A stretch of DNA of 56,939 bases, counting the filler, from Bilabrum cf. latius (lineage: Eukaryota): assembly GCA_965178125.1 (NCBI GenBank). It is 2 parts of 2 records of this genome, joined end to end, with 100 filler letters (N's around TTAATTAATTAA, not from the genome) between each part and the next. Parts side by side here need not be neighbours in the genome. Positions count along the whole stretch, not along the records: positions 1 to 28,924 come from CBCXTV010000021.1; positions 29,025 to 56,939 come from CBCXTV010000022.1. The stretch is one strand, 5' to 3'. Position 1 is the first letter of the stretch; each line of letters begins with the position of its first letter. The notes under the pieces are model-generated. The model saw only the letters and a program-made list of their open reading frames with translations. It made no database searches and was not told the DNA's origin. Positions 23,384 through 35,261 of the stretch are shown here, one piece after another. Made by a program: the position numbers and the translations under genes.

Positions 23384-24803
23384 AGGGGGTAGCGGAACAG
23401 GGACATGACCTGGCATATAAAAGAGGAGGGTGGTATTGCCAGCGATGCCACCGTGTGGGAAAACAATTACATGAACCATGCGAGGAACAAGAAGAGGCCT
23501 ACGTAAGTGTAAGCCAAGAAAATGTGGCGAAGCACCAGATACAGATCTGTGAAGATTAAGAGGTGTGTACAACCTGTGGCGGGTCAACAGTTGTAGCACC
23601 GGGGAGAGGAACCGAAATGTACGGTGGACGCAGCCATGTGTCGAAACAAACATGTTCGCGGCACTAAAGAGGAGTGGTCATACGGCCCGGTTTAGTCAAG
23701 GAAAATGGGGGTGTGAGCACTGCCCACAACACATTCGATCGTTAGTGCGGGTAAGGTGCCAGCACGAAGGGAAGGAACAGAAGCAGGACCAAATACAAGG
23801 AGGAGGAGAAAGAAAAGACAGATGTACCAAAAACGTGCATAAGGAGCGGGAAAAAGAAAAAGTTAATGATGGAAAAGAGAAAGGAGTAGAAAGCAAAAGA
23901 CCGGGAGGACACGCCGATAGAGGAAACAACCAGAATGTGGCCAAACGATACAGAATTAGTGTAGGCGACCAACACCAGCATAAAGGAAGAAAGATGCTGC
24001 AGACCGGCCAACAAGATTATGACGGAAAAAGGGGCAAAGGCCAAGTGCAAGAACCAGACAACAGTGAACACCGGGGAAAAGTCGATATATGACCTTAAGG
24101 CACATGGTGATACCTCCGCGGAAGGGAGTACGGCGGGAGCCCCCAAAGGTGACCCGTCCAAAAGGAATCCGGGAGGGACGCCACGGTTGCGAACCAACAG
24201 ACAGGAAATTGAGCAGAAGATAGCCAGTACTCGTGGCGACACCACAGGACGCCCTAGTACGGCCGGAGACCCAAATGGAGACCGGTCCGAAGAGGCGACC
24301 GCAGGGACGCCACGGATGAACCTGGAAGGGACACAAGAAAAAAGGGCCGGAAAAGACGGCCGAAGACGTAAAGACGAAACTGGCAAGAGTACGGCAGGAC
24401 ACCCAAAGGGTGGCCCCCCGGAAAAGCAAGTTACAGACAAGATATACAAGAAAACAAGGAGACCGAGCAACGGACGAAAACCTGGGCAGAGTACGGCAGC
24501 CTCTCCGAAGGGAGGCCCCCGGAAACTCAGGGATACAAGAAACAAGATCCAAGGAAATGGAACCGGCGGATCAGAGCAAGAGGAAACGATCACCAGATCG
24601 TAACCGAAACCCAAAACGACCCAAGAAGCCGGAAGTGATACAAGAGAGCCAGATGGGCAACCCATCAAGGGGCGCTGCGGCAAGATAGAGAGAGGGTCGG
24701 GACGTCATACGGCGCCCGGCTCCTACGCCGGCGCTGTCCCGCACCGAGGCATGCGGGGAATCGGCGCAAAAACAAAAAAAAGACGAAAAAAAAATAAAAT
24801 AAA
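23384..24803 (+). pseudogene. 3' part of the LINE: CxxC repeats, Lys/Gly-rich repeats, A-rich tail
   Basis: GGWYCQRCH and GKWGCEHC are the same motif type as 7550-8130. Repeated STAGxPKG peptides at 24120-24520. A-rich tail. Confidence 0.7.
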
Positions 24804-24933
24804 CGATGTTCGCCCAACCTGGGCCGTTTTCGGCCGATTTTTTGTCTTCTTTTCGGCGTAGATGTCCTAGTTTCCTCAAAAAAACACAAGATTAATGTTT
24901 TGCAAAGCACGCATACTGCACCTTAATATGACC
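24804..24933 (-). mobile_element. MITE-like repeat, diverged copy B, right half
   Basis: Aligns with ~26080-26206 and ends in TGCACCTTAATATGAC (TIR). Confidence 0.7.
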
Positions 24934-25284
24934 GAGCACTAATATTTTCCTGTGAAAGGCCGCTCGGATCCGGCAATCGGTTCCGCGCCCCGAGCGTCTC
25001 GTGGCGAGGTCTATGGACGAGCTGGCTCAGCCTGACCCCACTCCGCACCTCGCGTGGCACTCCGCGCCCTTTGCGCATCCATCCACCCCCACCCCCCTTT
25101 GTGTCCAATGACCCCTGTGCAAGCGCGCCGCCACTGGCGAGATCCTGGAGCAAACGCGGATGGCGGAAGAAAGACTCCCCGGCATTGCTCTCCCCAAACA
25201 ATGCTTTCGCTGCGGAGTTCTAGCCTTTCTCATTACGCATGGGCCCCCAATCGCCGATTCGAGACGAGTGCCGGGTACCGATGC

Positions 25285-25600
25285 CCACCGGCTTGTCTTA
25301 CACGTCAACGGCGTTGTCTCGTGTGCGCCCGCCTCTTTCGCCTTATGCGGCTACGCGGCGGCCTGTCTGTCTTGTGCGCTCGCCGGCTTGCCTTACGCAA
25401 AGGCCCCCTCGTCCTGCATGGCGAACAGGTTGCCTTCTTCGCCGGCCGGCTTGTTTCATGCGCGGACCGGGTTGACCGGCCGCATGAAACAACCCGTCGG
25501 GCGCGCAAGACAAGCCGCTCCGCGTAGGACAACGCAGCCGCGGCGGAAGACAAGCCAGCCGGCGCGTAAGACAAGCAAGCCGGCGCGGAAGAAAGCGACT
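25285..25600. repeat. Foldback made of ~21-bp degenerate units
   Basis: Left units GGCTTGTCTTACGCG-like, right units CGCGTAAGACAAGC-like, centre near 25470 (TTGTTTCATGCG...CGCATGAAACAA). Confidence 0.6.
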
Positions 25601-25801
25601 GTGCCCACCGCGGGCATCCACCATTCAAACCCAATCACGTGAAACCCACGGTCTGGGATCCATGCGCAGGAATCGTGTCATCGTTTCGGCCCTGGCTCGG
25701 GCCCGAAACTGGGCCGGCCTGGGCTGGGGACCGGGGCCGGCGCAGAGAGTCGCATAGAGAATGCCTCTCAGTCAAAATATTATGCAAGCCTTGCTTCGGT
25801 C

Positions 25802-26233
25802 GGGTGGGTCATATTGGGGTGCACTGCGTGTAAGTTGCGGCTCGTGTTACTTGCCGAATTTTGCCGATGTTTGCCGTTTCTTCATTGTTTGCAGATGTTT
25901 GCAAATTTTGGTATTTTTTTACAGGTTAATTTTCTGGGGTTCAAACTTTTTGGGGCGGATTTTTTCTCCAATTTTCACCCGAAATTTCGAAAACTCGCCC
26001 CGGAGGCCGTTTTCGCACCCCGGGAGTGTTTTTTTCGGATTCCTCGTGCTTTTCTCATTAATTTGGTCGGAGTTTCATCCATTTTTGCCCAATCTGGGCC
26101 ATGTTCGGCCTGTTTCTTGTCTTTTTGGACATCGATGTCCTATCCCCTACAGAAAAAGCGCCAGATTCATGCTTTGCAAAGCACGCACATTGCACCCTAA
26201 TATGACTCAACACTAAAATACCTTCTGATGATT
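25802..26233 (-). mobile_element. MITE-like repeat, copy C (inverted relative to 322-745)
   Basis: Reverse complement of 322-745 with scattered differences; both TIRs present. Confidence 0.78.
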
Positions 26234-26260
26234 CGAGGCTGCCTGGCAAGCTGCGAGACA

Positions 26261-26642
26261 TGAGAGAAGTTGCGATACGGTCGGCGGACGAAACAACGAA
26301 ACTTTTTCGACATGGAGAACGGTGTGGCTAAACTGCGAAGACGCAAAGAACGCCAGAAGGCGGCCCGGATGTGGCGAAAAATCACGATAATCCTGCCAAA
26401 GATGCACAACTTCCGTACTGATCGGGATGAGACGACGACTGCGGGAGGGCACACCGGTTTTCCTCCTGAGCCGGGGGGCCTCGGAATCTTCGGTTCAAGA
26501 GCTGCGCGTCCGAACCACCTCTCGCTGACCCTTCGGTCATGAGCTCCAGACTGTCCCTGGATTTCAACACGCCTCCTCGAAGGAGGCCGCGTCAGCGGGC
26601 TTCTTTGACCGAAATCCCCGCTCGAAGCCATCCGGCCTCTCA
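26261..26642 (-). repeat. Putative 3' LTR of Copia element 2
   Basis: Bounded by TGAGAG (26261) and CTCTCA (26637-26642), i.e. TG...CA with a 6-bp inverted repeat. Preceded on the minus strand by a purine tract. The partner LTR is not visible. Confidence 0.65.
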
Positions 26643-26652
26643 TCCCCCGTCT
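26643..26652 (-). promoter_or_regulatory. Polypurine tract of Copia element 2
   Basis: Minus strand AGACGGGGGA directly followed by the TG of the putative LTR. Confidence 0.55.
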
Positions 26653-26761
26653 CACATGCTCCCCGCTGCGACACTGCAGGCGGGCCGCGGCGAAAGTTCC
26701 TTCGCGCACGGGCCTCGACGAGAGGTCTTAATGAAACTCGGACCGCGTCCTTTCCGGACGC

Positions 26762-28924
26762 TTAAACCGCCCAGCGCCTGGCTGGGTCTTGACGTGAACA
26801 ATACCGGAGGCGCGCCCGCGCACTCACCGCGGACGTCAACGCCTCACCAGCCACGTCGCGACCAGGCCCCTCGCGATGTGCACTTCGTGCAACGCATCCA
26901 AGGGTATCCTGATGCCGGTCGCTTTCCTCATGTCCAACAGCATCCGCGCGCTTACGTCGTCGAGCACCGGGACCTTCCCGCCGTCGACGACCCGACCGAT
27001 GATATCCTCCTTGAGGCCACTCACTCGGTCCCCATACCTGCGCAACACGCTGCGGATCTCGTCGCAGTTCCGCTCCTTCAGCAACTCGTAGACCACGCTC
27101 TTCTGGTCCTTCTTCCCTGGACCGGGCCCCGACCTCCACCGCCGGCTGTGTCAGCTCAGCAGCGGAGTCGAGCCTCGGTCCCTCAAGACATCCTCCGACG
27201 ACTCCGCTCGTCTGAGTCGCCACAAACTCGATCTCACGGTACTTCACCGTCAGCTTTAGCATCTCCTTCACCTTCTTCTCGGCTCGCGACACCCTGAAGC
27301 AAGAGAGGATCAACACGAGGTGCACCGCCAAGAAGTAGAACGCGATCGCCCAACCGAAGTAGAAGGGCTGCTCCCGCGTCTCGACCCGGTACAGCACGAC
27401 CTCCTGCTCCTTCATCTCGACTGCCTCGGCGCTCCCCAACCAAGCCAGCAAGGCGGCGGTCACAATCGCCCCCCCGGTGAACCGCAACCCCATCCTGGCC
27501 AGGAGAGTCTTGATCCTGTCGAGCTCGAGGAACTTCGTGCCTATGTCGGCGATGTTCGTCTCCGTCTCAAGCTTCAGCAAGCTGAAGGCCTTCTTCCTCA
27601 ACTCTTGTTGGACCCACATGTGCCGGATCTCCAAGTGGCGCACGCGTCCCGTGCCGATCCGCGCGCACATGCCGCGCCCGGCGCTCGAGTCGCTCCCTAT
27701 CTCCAGCTCGACATCGTACTGGAACTCCTGGAGCAACCGCTTCAACTGCAACCCCATGGCGGCCGCCCTGCCGATCGCCAGGAACTCCGCCTCACCGGAC
27801 GACAGGGCGACGCAATCCTGCGTCGCCGAGCACGTGTCGATGCAATGCCAGCCGAGCATGAGGATCACGCACGTAGTACTCCGACGCGAGACCTCGCATC
27901 CGGCCCAGTCGGAGTCGGCGCTCGCCCGCAAGACTTGGGCCTTCTCCGTCTGCAACGGGAATCGCCACTCGACGTTGGGGGAACATCGCCACGAACCGGG
28001 CCAAGCGCGTCAGCCTCGCCAACGTCACGTTCGTCGGCCTGGACACGTCCCCCATCACCGTCTTCGCGGCATACTGCAACTCCGGCCGGTCCTGCGCCAA
28101 GTAGATCGCCGTGCCTCCGGCCGACATCACCAAGTGCTTGCCAGCCTCGTCCAACTCGTCCAAGGCGTCCCTGGCGCCATGCCCCGTCGCCTTAGTCCCG
28201 GGGCTCGGCGCGCCCTTGGAATGTTCCAAGCCGAACGTCTGGATCAAGTTGTAGGCATACTTCTCGTCAGCCGACCACGTGAACGCGTTGTCCTCGACGT
28301 CGAACTCGATCCTTCTCTTCAAGTATCGCATCTCCCCCGCGGGCAGCCCCGGCCCGAGCCTCCCCAAGATCTTGATCTCGAAGTTGTTCACCATGACGCC
28401 GTCTATGAAGTCCAGCCCCTTCGCAGTGCCCTGGGCGAGGAAATCGTCTCCGTGACACGTCAGGCTGACGTCGCGCTCGCCGTGGTGAAACGTCGCCGGC
28501 ATGATCTTGCTCGACTCGAAGCCGGCCTTCTCGAACACGTCGACATAGTGCGACTGCCACAACTGGCTCGCCCGTCCGTCCCGTTCACTGCTCGCAGTAG
28601 CCGGAGACAACGGCCAACGGGAGCGATACCGGGTGGAGGCATCATGTAGATCTCCTCGTCGAGCTCGGCATGCAGGAAGGCCACGCTGGCGTCCCACATG
28701 CTCAACTGTCGTGGGCCCTCTCCGGGAGGTGGAGTAACGCGTGGTGCGAGTTCATGTGCTCGACCTCCGTCAACCGACCCTCGCGGACCATTTCCTTGTC
28801 CAGCGGCTCGCCGCTCTTGGCGCCCAAGATCTCGCCCAACTCCGGGACAATGTCCGGCGGCGCTTCCTCAAGCGGGCCGTCCTCCTCGCGGCCGCGGCTA
28901 TCCTACAGCGGCATGACCGCCTCG
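26762..28924 (-). pseudogene. Ty1/Copia element 2 pol remnant: RT and RNase H with C-terminal TM segments and SAP-like motif; frameshifted, truncated by the gap
   Basis: RT: DASVAFLHAELDEEIYM, CHGDDF, YLAQDRPELQYA. RNase H: DSDWAGC..SRRST, ALSSGEAE, SDSSAG, RVRHLEIR, NIADIGTK. Confidence 0.88.
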
Positions 28925-29024
28925 NNNNNNNNNNNNNNNNNNNNNNNNNNNNNNNNNNNNNNNNNNNNTTAATTAATTAANNNNNNNNNNNNNNNNNNNN
29001 NNNNNNNNNNNNNNNNNNNNNNNN
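28925..29024. other. Assembly gap (N run with TTAATTAATTAA spacer)
   Basis: N runs flanking TTAATTAATTAA at 28969-28980. Confidence 0.97.
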
Positions 29025-30150
29025 CGGCGGATCTGGGGAAATCGGTACGCCGGATACTCGTTTTTGCAGTTCTTGCACCACACCCACCACGGCGTCGCGT
29101 TGTCGAACTTGTCGCAACACACCCGGCAAACTGGTTGGATCCAGTCCTTCCACTTCTTGAAGTACGCCGACCGGGGCTTGCAGCACTGGCACGCGTTGCA
29201 AGTCCATGTCGCCTCCTCCGCCGGCTCCGGCGCGACCTGCCGCGGCACGTACGTCTCCCCCCATGACGACTTCGCAGGGGTCTCCCATAGATCCCAGCTA
29301 TCAGCGCCAGAGACCGCCCCGGCAGTGTGCGCAAGATTCACACGCTGCGATGACAATGCCTCTGCCACGCCGCCACCCGCCTTCCAAGCGGCTGCGTCGG
29401 TCCATACGTCGTCATTACCTCCGGGCACCACAGCACGTCCACCGCCGCGAGCATCCTCCTCCTCCGTCTTCTTGCCGCCGTCGTCTTCGGCGTCCTCCTT
29501 CGGCGCTGCCTTGCCGCTCTCCTCTCCGAGCATCCCCGTGGACGCCGCCTCCGCGCCGCCGCTCTCGATGTGGGAGCCGCCCGAATCATCGACGCTTGCC
29601 GCCGCGCCGGCGTGCTCCGCCGGGGCGTCGACCTCGCGCGCCAACATGCCGCCCTCGTTTCCCATATCACCGGCGCCTCGACGCCCACGAAGATTGCGGC
29701 CGTCTCCCAAGGAAACAGCAATGCTCTCGGACGGTTTCTCCTCAGACATCATCGGCAAAGAGACTCGGAGAATGCCGTTCCCGCAGAGTGCGCTGCTGAC
29801 TGCCGAAGCCGAAAGAGGACCCGCGGAGAAGGAATCTCGCACATGCTCCCAGGAAAAGCAACTCCCCGCCCATTCCGAATGCAAGAACGGACTCCCGCCC
29901 TTTCCGAGATCGAGAGCGCATCGCGGGCGCATTTCCCGACTCGCGATCGGCCTCGGAAACCGACCACGAATCGGTAGGAGACGTGCGCCCGCGTTTGAAG
30001 AATACGCGGAGAAATACGAAGCCAAGGACACGAGCATCTCCCGGGCACCTTTCCCGACTCGCAGCCGGTCTCAGAGACGACCACGAATCGGCACGACAAG
30101 TGCGCCCGATTTCGTCCCCCGAAAAAGGACACAACTAGGACCCCGCGGAT
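29025..30150 (-). repeat. Apparently identical duplicate of ~40403-41528 (partial copy of zinc-finger ORF)
   Basis: Same sequence at offset 11,378; the ORF track gives identical peptides. Confidence 0.9.
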
Positions 30151-32005
30151 CTCCGCCGGAAACTCGTTTTTGCAATTCTTGCACCTCACCCACCACGGCG
30201 TCGCGTTGTCGAACTTGTCGCAACACACCCGGCAAACTGGTTGGATCCAGTCCTTCCACTTCTTGAAGTACTCTGACCGGGGCTTAGGCCCTGGCACGCG
30301 TTGCAAGTCCATGTCGCCTCCTCCGCCGGCTCCGGCGCGACCTGCCACGGCACGTACGGCTCCCCCCATGACGACTTCGCAGGCGTCTTCCATGAACCCC
30401 AGGTTCCGACATCCTTCCCGTCTGCCACGCCGCCACCCGCCTTCCAAGCGGCTGCGTCTGACCATACGTCGTACACGACATTCGGCCTGCTGCCGGCCCA
30501 AATGAAATCCTCCGCCACGCGACAACGATGCGACCTCTCGGAGTCCGTCATGCATACGTGGAAGTGCACCAGGTTTCCGGCGTGCTTGCGGTGCAGGGAG
30601 AGCTCCATTTTCGTCCCGCTGCCGCGCAAGGTCTGGGAAGAGCGTCCGCATGGCCGACATCATCCGGAGCAGGGCGTCCGCATGCTCGACATCATCCGGG
30701 GGATGTGCTCGAAGACCTTTTGGAACTCGCGGCTCACGAACGGATTGACGATGCTCTGCGTGCTTTCCGGGGGGATGTGCTCGAAGACCTTCTGGAACTC
30801 GCGGCTCACGAACGGATTGACGACGCTCTGCGTGCTTTCCGGGGGGATGTGCTCGAAGACCTTTTGGAACTCGCGGCTCACGAACGGATTGACGACGCTC
30901 TGCGTGCTTTCCGCGTACTTGATCATGTGCCTCATGGCTGGGCCGCCCGCAACATCGACGCTTGCCGCCGCGCCGGCGTGCTCCGCCGGGGCGTCGACCT
31001 CGCGCGCCAACATGCCGCCCTCGTTTCCCATATTACCGGCGCCTTGACGCCCACGAAGATTGCGGCCGTCTCCCAAGGAAACAGCAATGCTCTCGGACGG
31101 TTTCTCCTCAGACATCATCGGCAAAGAGACTCGGAGAATGCCGTTCCCGCCTGCTTGACCCAACTGCAGGCCTGGCACTTGAGGTTGGTGATCACGGCCG
31201 ACTGCTCCCCACCCAAATACCAGACCGTACGCGAGCGCAGCCTATGAGGAATCCACTGGCCCGACTTCCGGGGCACGACCATCGCCAAGAGCTTCGACTG
31301 CGGCGCGTCGATCTGCAACCTCGACCCGCAATCGCTGAGCGTAATGGCGTCGTCGAAGATCCACGTGCCGCCCCAAGCATGCCGCCTGCGCTGCTGCCGG
31401 GAGCTCGGGTTCGGTACCTAAAAGCCGTACACGACATTCGGCCTGCTGCCGGCCCAAATGAAATCCTCCGCCACGCGACAACGATGCGACCTCTCGGAGT
31501 CCGTCATGCATACGTGGAAGTGCACCAGGTTTCCGGCGTGCTTGCGGTGCAGGGAGAGCTCCATTTTCGTCCCGCTGCCGCGCAAGGTCTGGGAAGAGCG
31601 TCCGCATGGCCGACATCATCCGGAGCAGGGCGTCCGCATGCTCGACATCATCCGGGGGATGTGCTCGAAGACCTTTTGGAACTCGCGGCTCACGAACGGA
31701 TTGACGATGCTCTGCGTGCTTTCCGGGGGATGTGCTCGAAGACCTTTTGGAACTCGCGGCTCACGAACGGATTGACGATGCTCTGCGTGCTTTCCGGGGG
31801 GATGTGCTCGAAGACCTTTTGGAACTCGCGGCTCACGAACGGATTGACGACGCTCTGCGTGCTTTCCGCGTACTTGATCATGTGCCTCATGGCTGGGCCG
31901 CCCGCAACATCGACGCTTGCCGCCGCGCCGGCGTGCTCCGCCGGGGCGTCGACCTCGGAAAGTGTTTCGGTACGCAAAAAGCGGTCACATGGGAGGCCCG
32001 GAAAG
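30150..32005 (-). repeat. Scrambled mosaic of fragments from the Rep, glycosyltransferase and zinc-finger ORFs
   Basis: Patches match ~40435-40790, 44161-44303, 44580-44610, 48572-48690, 40965-41160, 35675-35947 and 41557-41601. Segment ~30470-30996 recurs at ~31427-31956. Confidence 0.85.
30697..30913. repeat. 72-bp tandem repeat x3 (repeated again at ~31654-31870)
   Basis: Unit encodes ESTQSVVNPFVSREFQKVFEHIPP on the minus strand and derives from a single-copy stretch at ~48598-48670. Confidence 0.9.
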
Positions 32006-32994
32006 CATGGCATCACCCTTGCCGTCCACATCACTGCGTCGTGGGATGCTGCTCAAGATAACTCGGCGTCTGTTTAGTCGAGGGCTGTCTTGACTAGGAG
32101 TTTGGCGGTGAAATCCAGGAGTTCCGTCTGCATCGTCAGGCTCTTGCCTTTCTGTACCATATCAAGAGGAGAGGGAAGACATGCAAAACCGACCCGCGAC
32201 TAATTCTATCCTACGGCCAAGCCACCTGCGGCGTCCGCGCGACTGGGCGTGCACGAGAACCGGCGCACTGCACTGCTTGAAATGCCACGCTCCCGAGCGA
32301 AGGGAGTACGTTGTTCTGCAGAACGCTCTAGTCTTGGTGCGCTTGCAGCGGCACTTATCGGTGCGCCGCGGGGAACGGCTCGCGTGGGATTCGGAGGCGT
32401 ACCCGGCCCACGACGGGAGGAGTTCCCCAGTTACGTCTGGAGTGATTGGGGGACAAGGTGGGCATCAAGTCGGCGCCTCCTGAGCGTATCACAGAGGATG
32501 ACGAACCGCCCGCCCCGCTTCGATCCCGACCTCGAAGTGCACTCGAAATCAAGGCGGAACGCTGGAAATCCGCCCCGAAACCCTCCATGTTTGTTGACAA
32601 GGACCCAGGCTGCGCTCCGACAAGCTGACAAACTTCGTCAGCCTCCGAAGGGTCTTCATTAAATATTCAACGCTTCCGGGGTCAATGAGGTAATGCACTA
32701 CCAAAGAGCAGCTGGGCCGTGTGTCGTCCGAGATGACAAAGATCGTGGGCATCATCGATCCAGAGGGCGTCAAAGGCACGGACGACGCGGGCGACATTGA
32801 CCCCGACGGGCTGGAGGTCCTGGACCGCGTCTGGACGCCCCATCCGGAAGTATTCCTAAGCGCTCCCGACGGACGAGACCTTCTCTGTCTGAAATCAGGC
32901 ACCCAACCCTTCCGCACAAGGTGAAGAGAGAACGCCGACGGACAATATCCTCTCTTTTGCACATCGGGCATCCAACCCCTCCGCACAGGTGAGC

Positions 32995-33215
32995 AAGCGA
33001 CGAGTTCCCTTCTCGCGACGTCCGGATCCATTTTGAAGCGTTGGAACAATTCGTGCACGAACTTACCATTGCCGACGAAATCCCGTACGGCTCGGTAGTT
33101 GGTGTTGCAAAGCAGCGCACCAACTTTGGGCATCTGACAATAATGGAGCTCGAAGGCGCGGCGCTCCTGGGCTTTCGCTGCCCAACCGGAGCCGTACACG
33201 ACATTCGGCCTGCTG
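32995..33215 (-). pseudogene. Diverged Rep fragment (motif III region)
   Basis: RPNVVYGSG..KAQER...ELHYCQMPKVGALLC..NYRA.RDFV.NGKFVH.LF.RFKMDPDVARRELVA matches Rep at ~43963-44182 with substitutions. Confidence 0.85.
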
Positions 33216-34876
33216 TCCGGCTCGCACGGTTTGTGGCGCAAAGAGGACGAATGCTCCAACCCGCCGCGCCTGGTAATGGTATGGACGAGCTGGGCGTCAG
33301 TGATCGTTCCTTTTTCCCGGACGCAACGGACCCGATGAAATTTTCGCGCGCTGAGCAGACCCCAAATTTACGATGAAGAAGCCCAAATCCTGCGTCCATG
33401 AAGGCCTTGCGAGGCCGCCTGCTATTGGCAGTCGACGCTCCGGGATCCACTGCGCAATGCAGTTTTGCAGAGCGATGCAGTATGCGCGGGAAGACGGCAA
33501 AATGGATCCGTATCTTTGGGAAGAGGTCTGTGCATCGCACAGCTGCCGCACGGAGAGCTGCTTCCGTTCCACGGCTGGTGAGGGCCCGATGCTGCTCTAC
33601 TCATGCCCCACGGCCACACACTAAGAGGAACGGATTGTGTCAGGATCCCGCCGCAGCATGGGTACGCGGATCTGCCTCCATAGGGACGGACGGGAGGAGC
33701 TGCCGGCGGAGGGCGGGCGGGGGTCCGGCCAAGCCAAGCGGCCAGGTACTTCACGCTCTGCCCTATGGCGCTGGGTTCTGTGAGGCGGGGCCTATCTGTG
33801 ATCCTCGGCTCTGTGAAGGTGCGAAGCGCTATTCACGATTCGACTTCGCCTTACTCCTGGATGAGGCGGCGGAGCTGCGTGCTGGGATCTCTTCCTGTGG
33901 CGTCCGAGCGCGATGGCGAGTGCACGCTTGGCCGTCATAGAGAAAGGCACGGCGAAGTACCACATCTTCGCCACCCACCACATTTCGCCAAGCACCACCT
34001 CGTTGGCAGGCTTCGGGAACGCGAAACGCACAAGTTCTCTTGGTTTCCGCGTTGAGTGTGCCTGACCACGAGCGTCCTTGGCGCCGTCAGCGTGCCTGCT
34101 CTCTGCGTTGATTCGGACGCGTACCCGGCTCGCGTGGGCATGGACCTCCCCAATCCGGCAGAACCGTGAGCTCCTGGCATCCCACCTCTGTCTTAGAAGT
34201 TTTCCGGTTTTTGGCGCAAACCTTCTGGAGCAGACGACAGCAGCGAAAGACCCACCCAAGCTCCGCGGGAAGTGTGATACCTCTACGGTTCCGGCATCTA
34301 CTTGGCCGTGCACATATGCAAGGCGATGCACTACACCTGCGCGTCCGGCTGCACCCGCTTGAACGACAGGTTCCTCTCCATGCAAGTGGTTCCGCGACAA
34401 CAAGGTCGTGGAAGTGACAGACTAGGAGAGTACGCCGGGTTCAGATTCACGCCCATCAGGGACAGGTCCGGGTCCCGCGCTCGCGCTACCGCGTGAGGAG
34501 GCTATGCGCACGTATGAGGAGGGGAGAACTTCGTATAATAGTCTCTCGCAGACTCGAACTTTTGGCTCTCACCGAAGGACGGAATGTTAGCCCTCCGCTA
34601 CTTACGGTGTCTTTAGCTTCCGCCCTACACGTTCCCCGCCCGTGGTCAAGAGGGAGTTTGTCGAGACACGCACCCGCCCGAGAGCTCCGGTCCTCTAAGC
34701 GCTCACGATCTCCCGCCCAGCGCGGTGCGAGCCCGCTTCACCGGGACTTGTCGCGTGCCTACGGAGGTGTCTTTTCCGAACCTGCCACTGAAGACGTTAG
34801 GGAGCGACGGGAAACGGATGCACAACGGTATGCCACCCATGTCCTCGAGGAATCCACCAAGACGTTGTGGCCCGAG

Positions 34877-34940
34877 GTAGTGCGATTTTCGGGAGAAGGA
34901 TTCTTAGTACCTTATAGGGTACCCCCCAGGATCGCACTAC
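34877..34940 (+). promoter_or_regulatory. Stem-loop origin candidate, copy 2
   Basis: GTAGTGCGAT (34877-86) / ATCGCACTAC (34931-40) enclosing TCTTAGTAC (34902-10) and an inner GTACC-N6-GGTAC hairpin. Homologous to 46313-46376. Confidence 0.55.
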
Positions 34941-35261
34941 GTGGGTTTGGGGGGTTGGTCTCCTTTCCTCTTGTTTTCGTGTGCACTCTTCTGCGACCGC
35001 CCCCCCCGGGGAACGGATGCACAACGGTATGCCACCCATGTCCTCGAGAGATCCACCGAGATCCGCACATACCTCTGCGGTGAACAGCACGTTACATGAG
35101 ACCCTGACCGACCCGAGAGTCTCTGCCCTCAGTCTCCACGACTTCCCGCAGGATCCGCCCCGCTCCCACCGACGGCTCCTGCCGTACGTACGACGCACCA
35201 TTTTCAAAAGAGCATTGGCACCCGCTCCTCACCTAAGCGACGATACTGTCGCTGCGGTCCC

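Larger units (their letters stand above)
3815..24803 (+). mobile_element. 5'-truncated non-LTR retrotransposon (LINE), interrupted by an LTR element at 8443-23383
   Basis: Purine-rich plus-strand coding remnants at 3815-8442 and 23384-~24690. A-rich tail at 24767-24803. CGATG duplication at 3810-3814 and 24804-24808, and the MITE halves rejoin exactly there. Confidence 0.8.

Noticed and set aside
28969-28980. TTAATTAATTAA as a biological motif
   Set aside because: Embedded in N runs; a scaffolding spacer.
30697-30913. 72-bp array as CRISPR or a repeat-protein gene
   Set aside because: No spacers; it is a local amplification of a GT-gene fragment within the mosaic.
32430-32925. Plus-strand coding-like stretch (KIVGIIDPEGVKG...)
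   Set aside because: Short and interrupted, with no family I can recognise.
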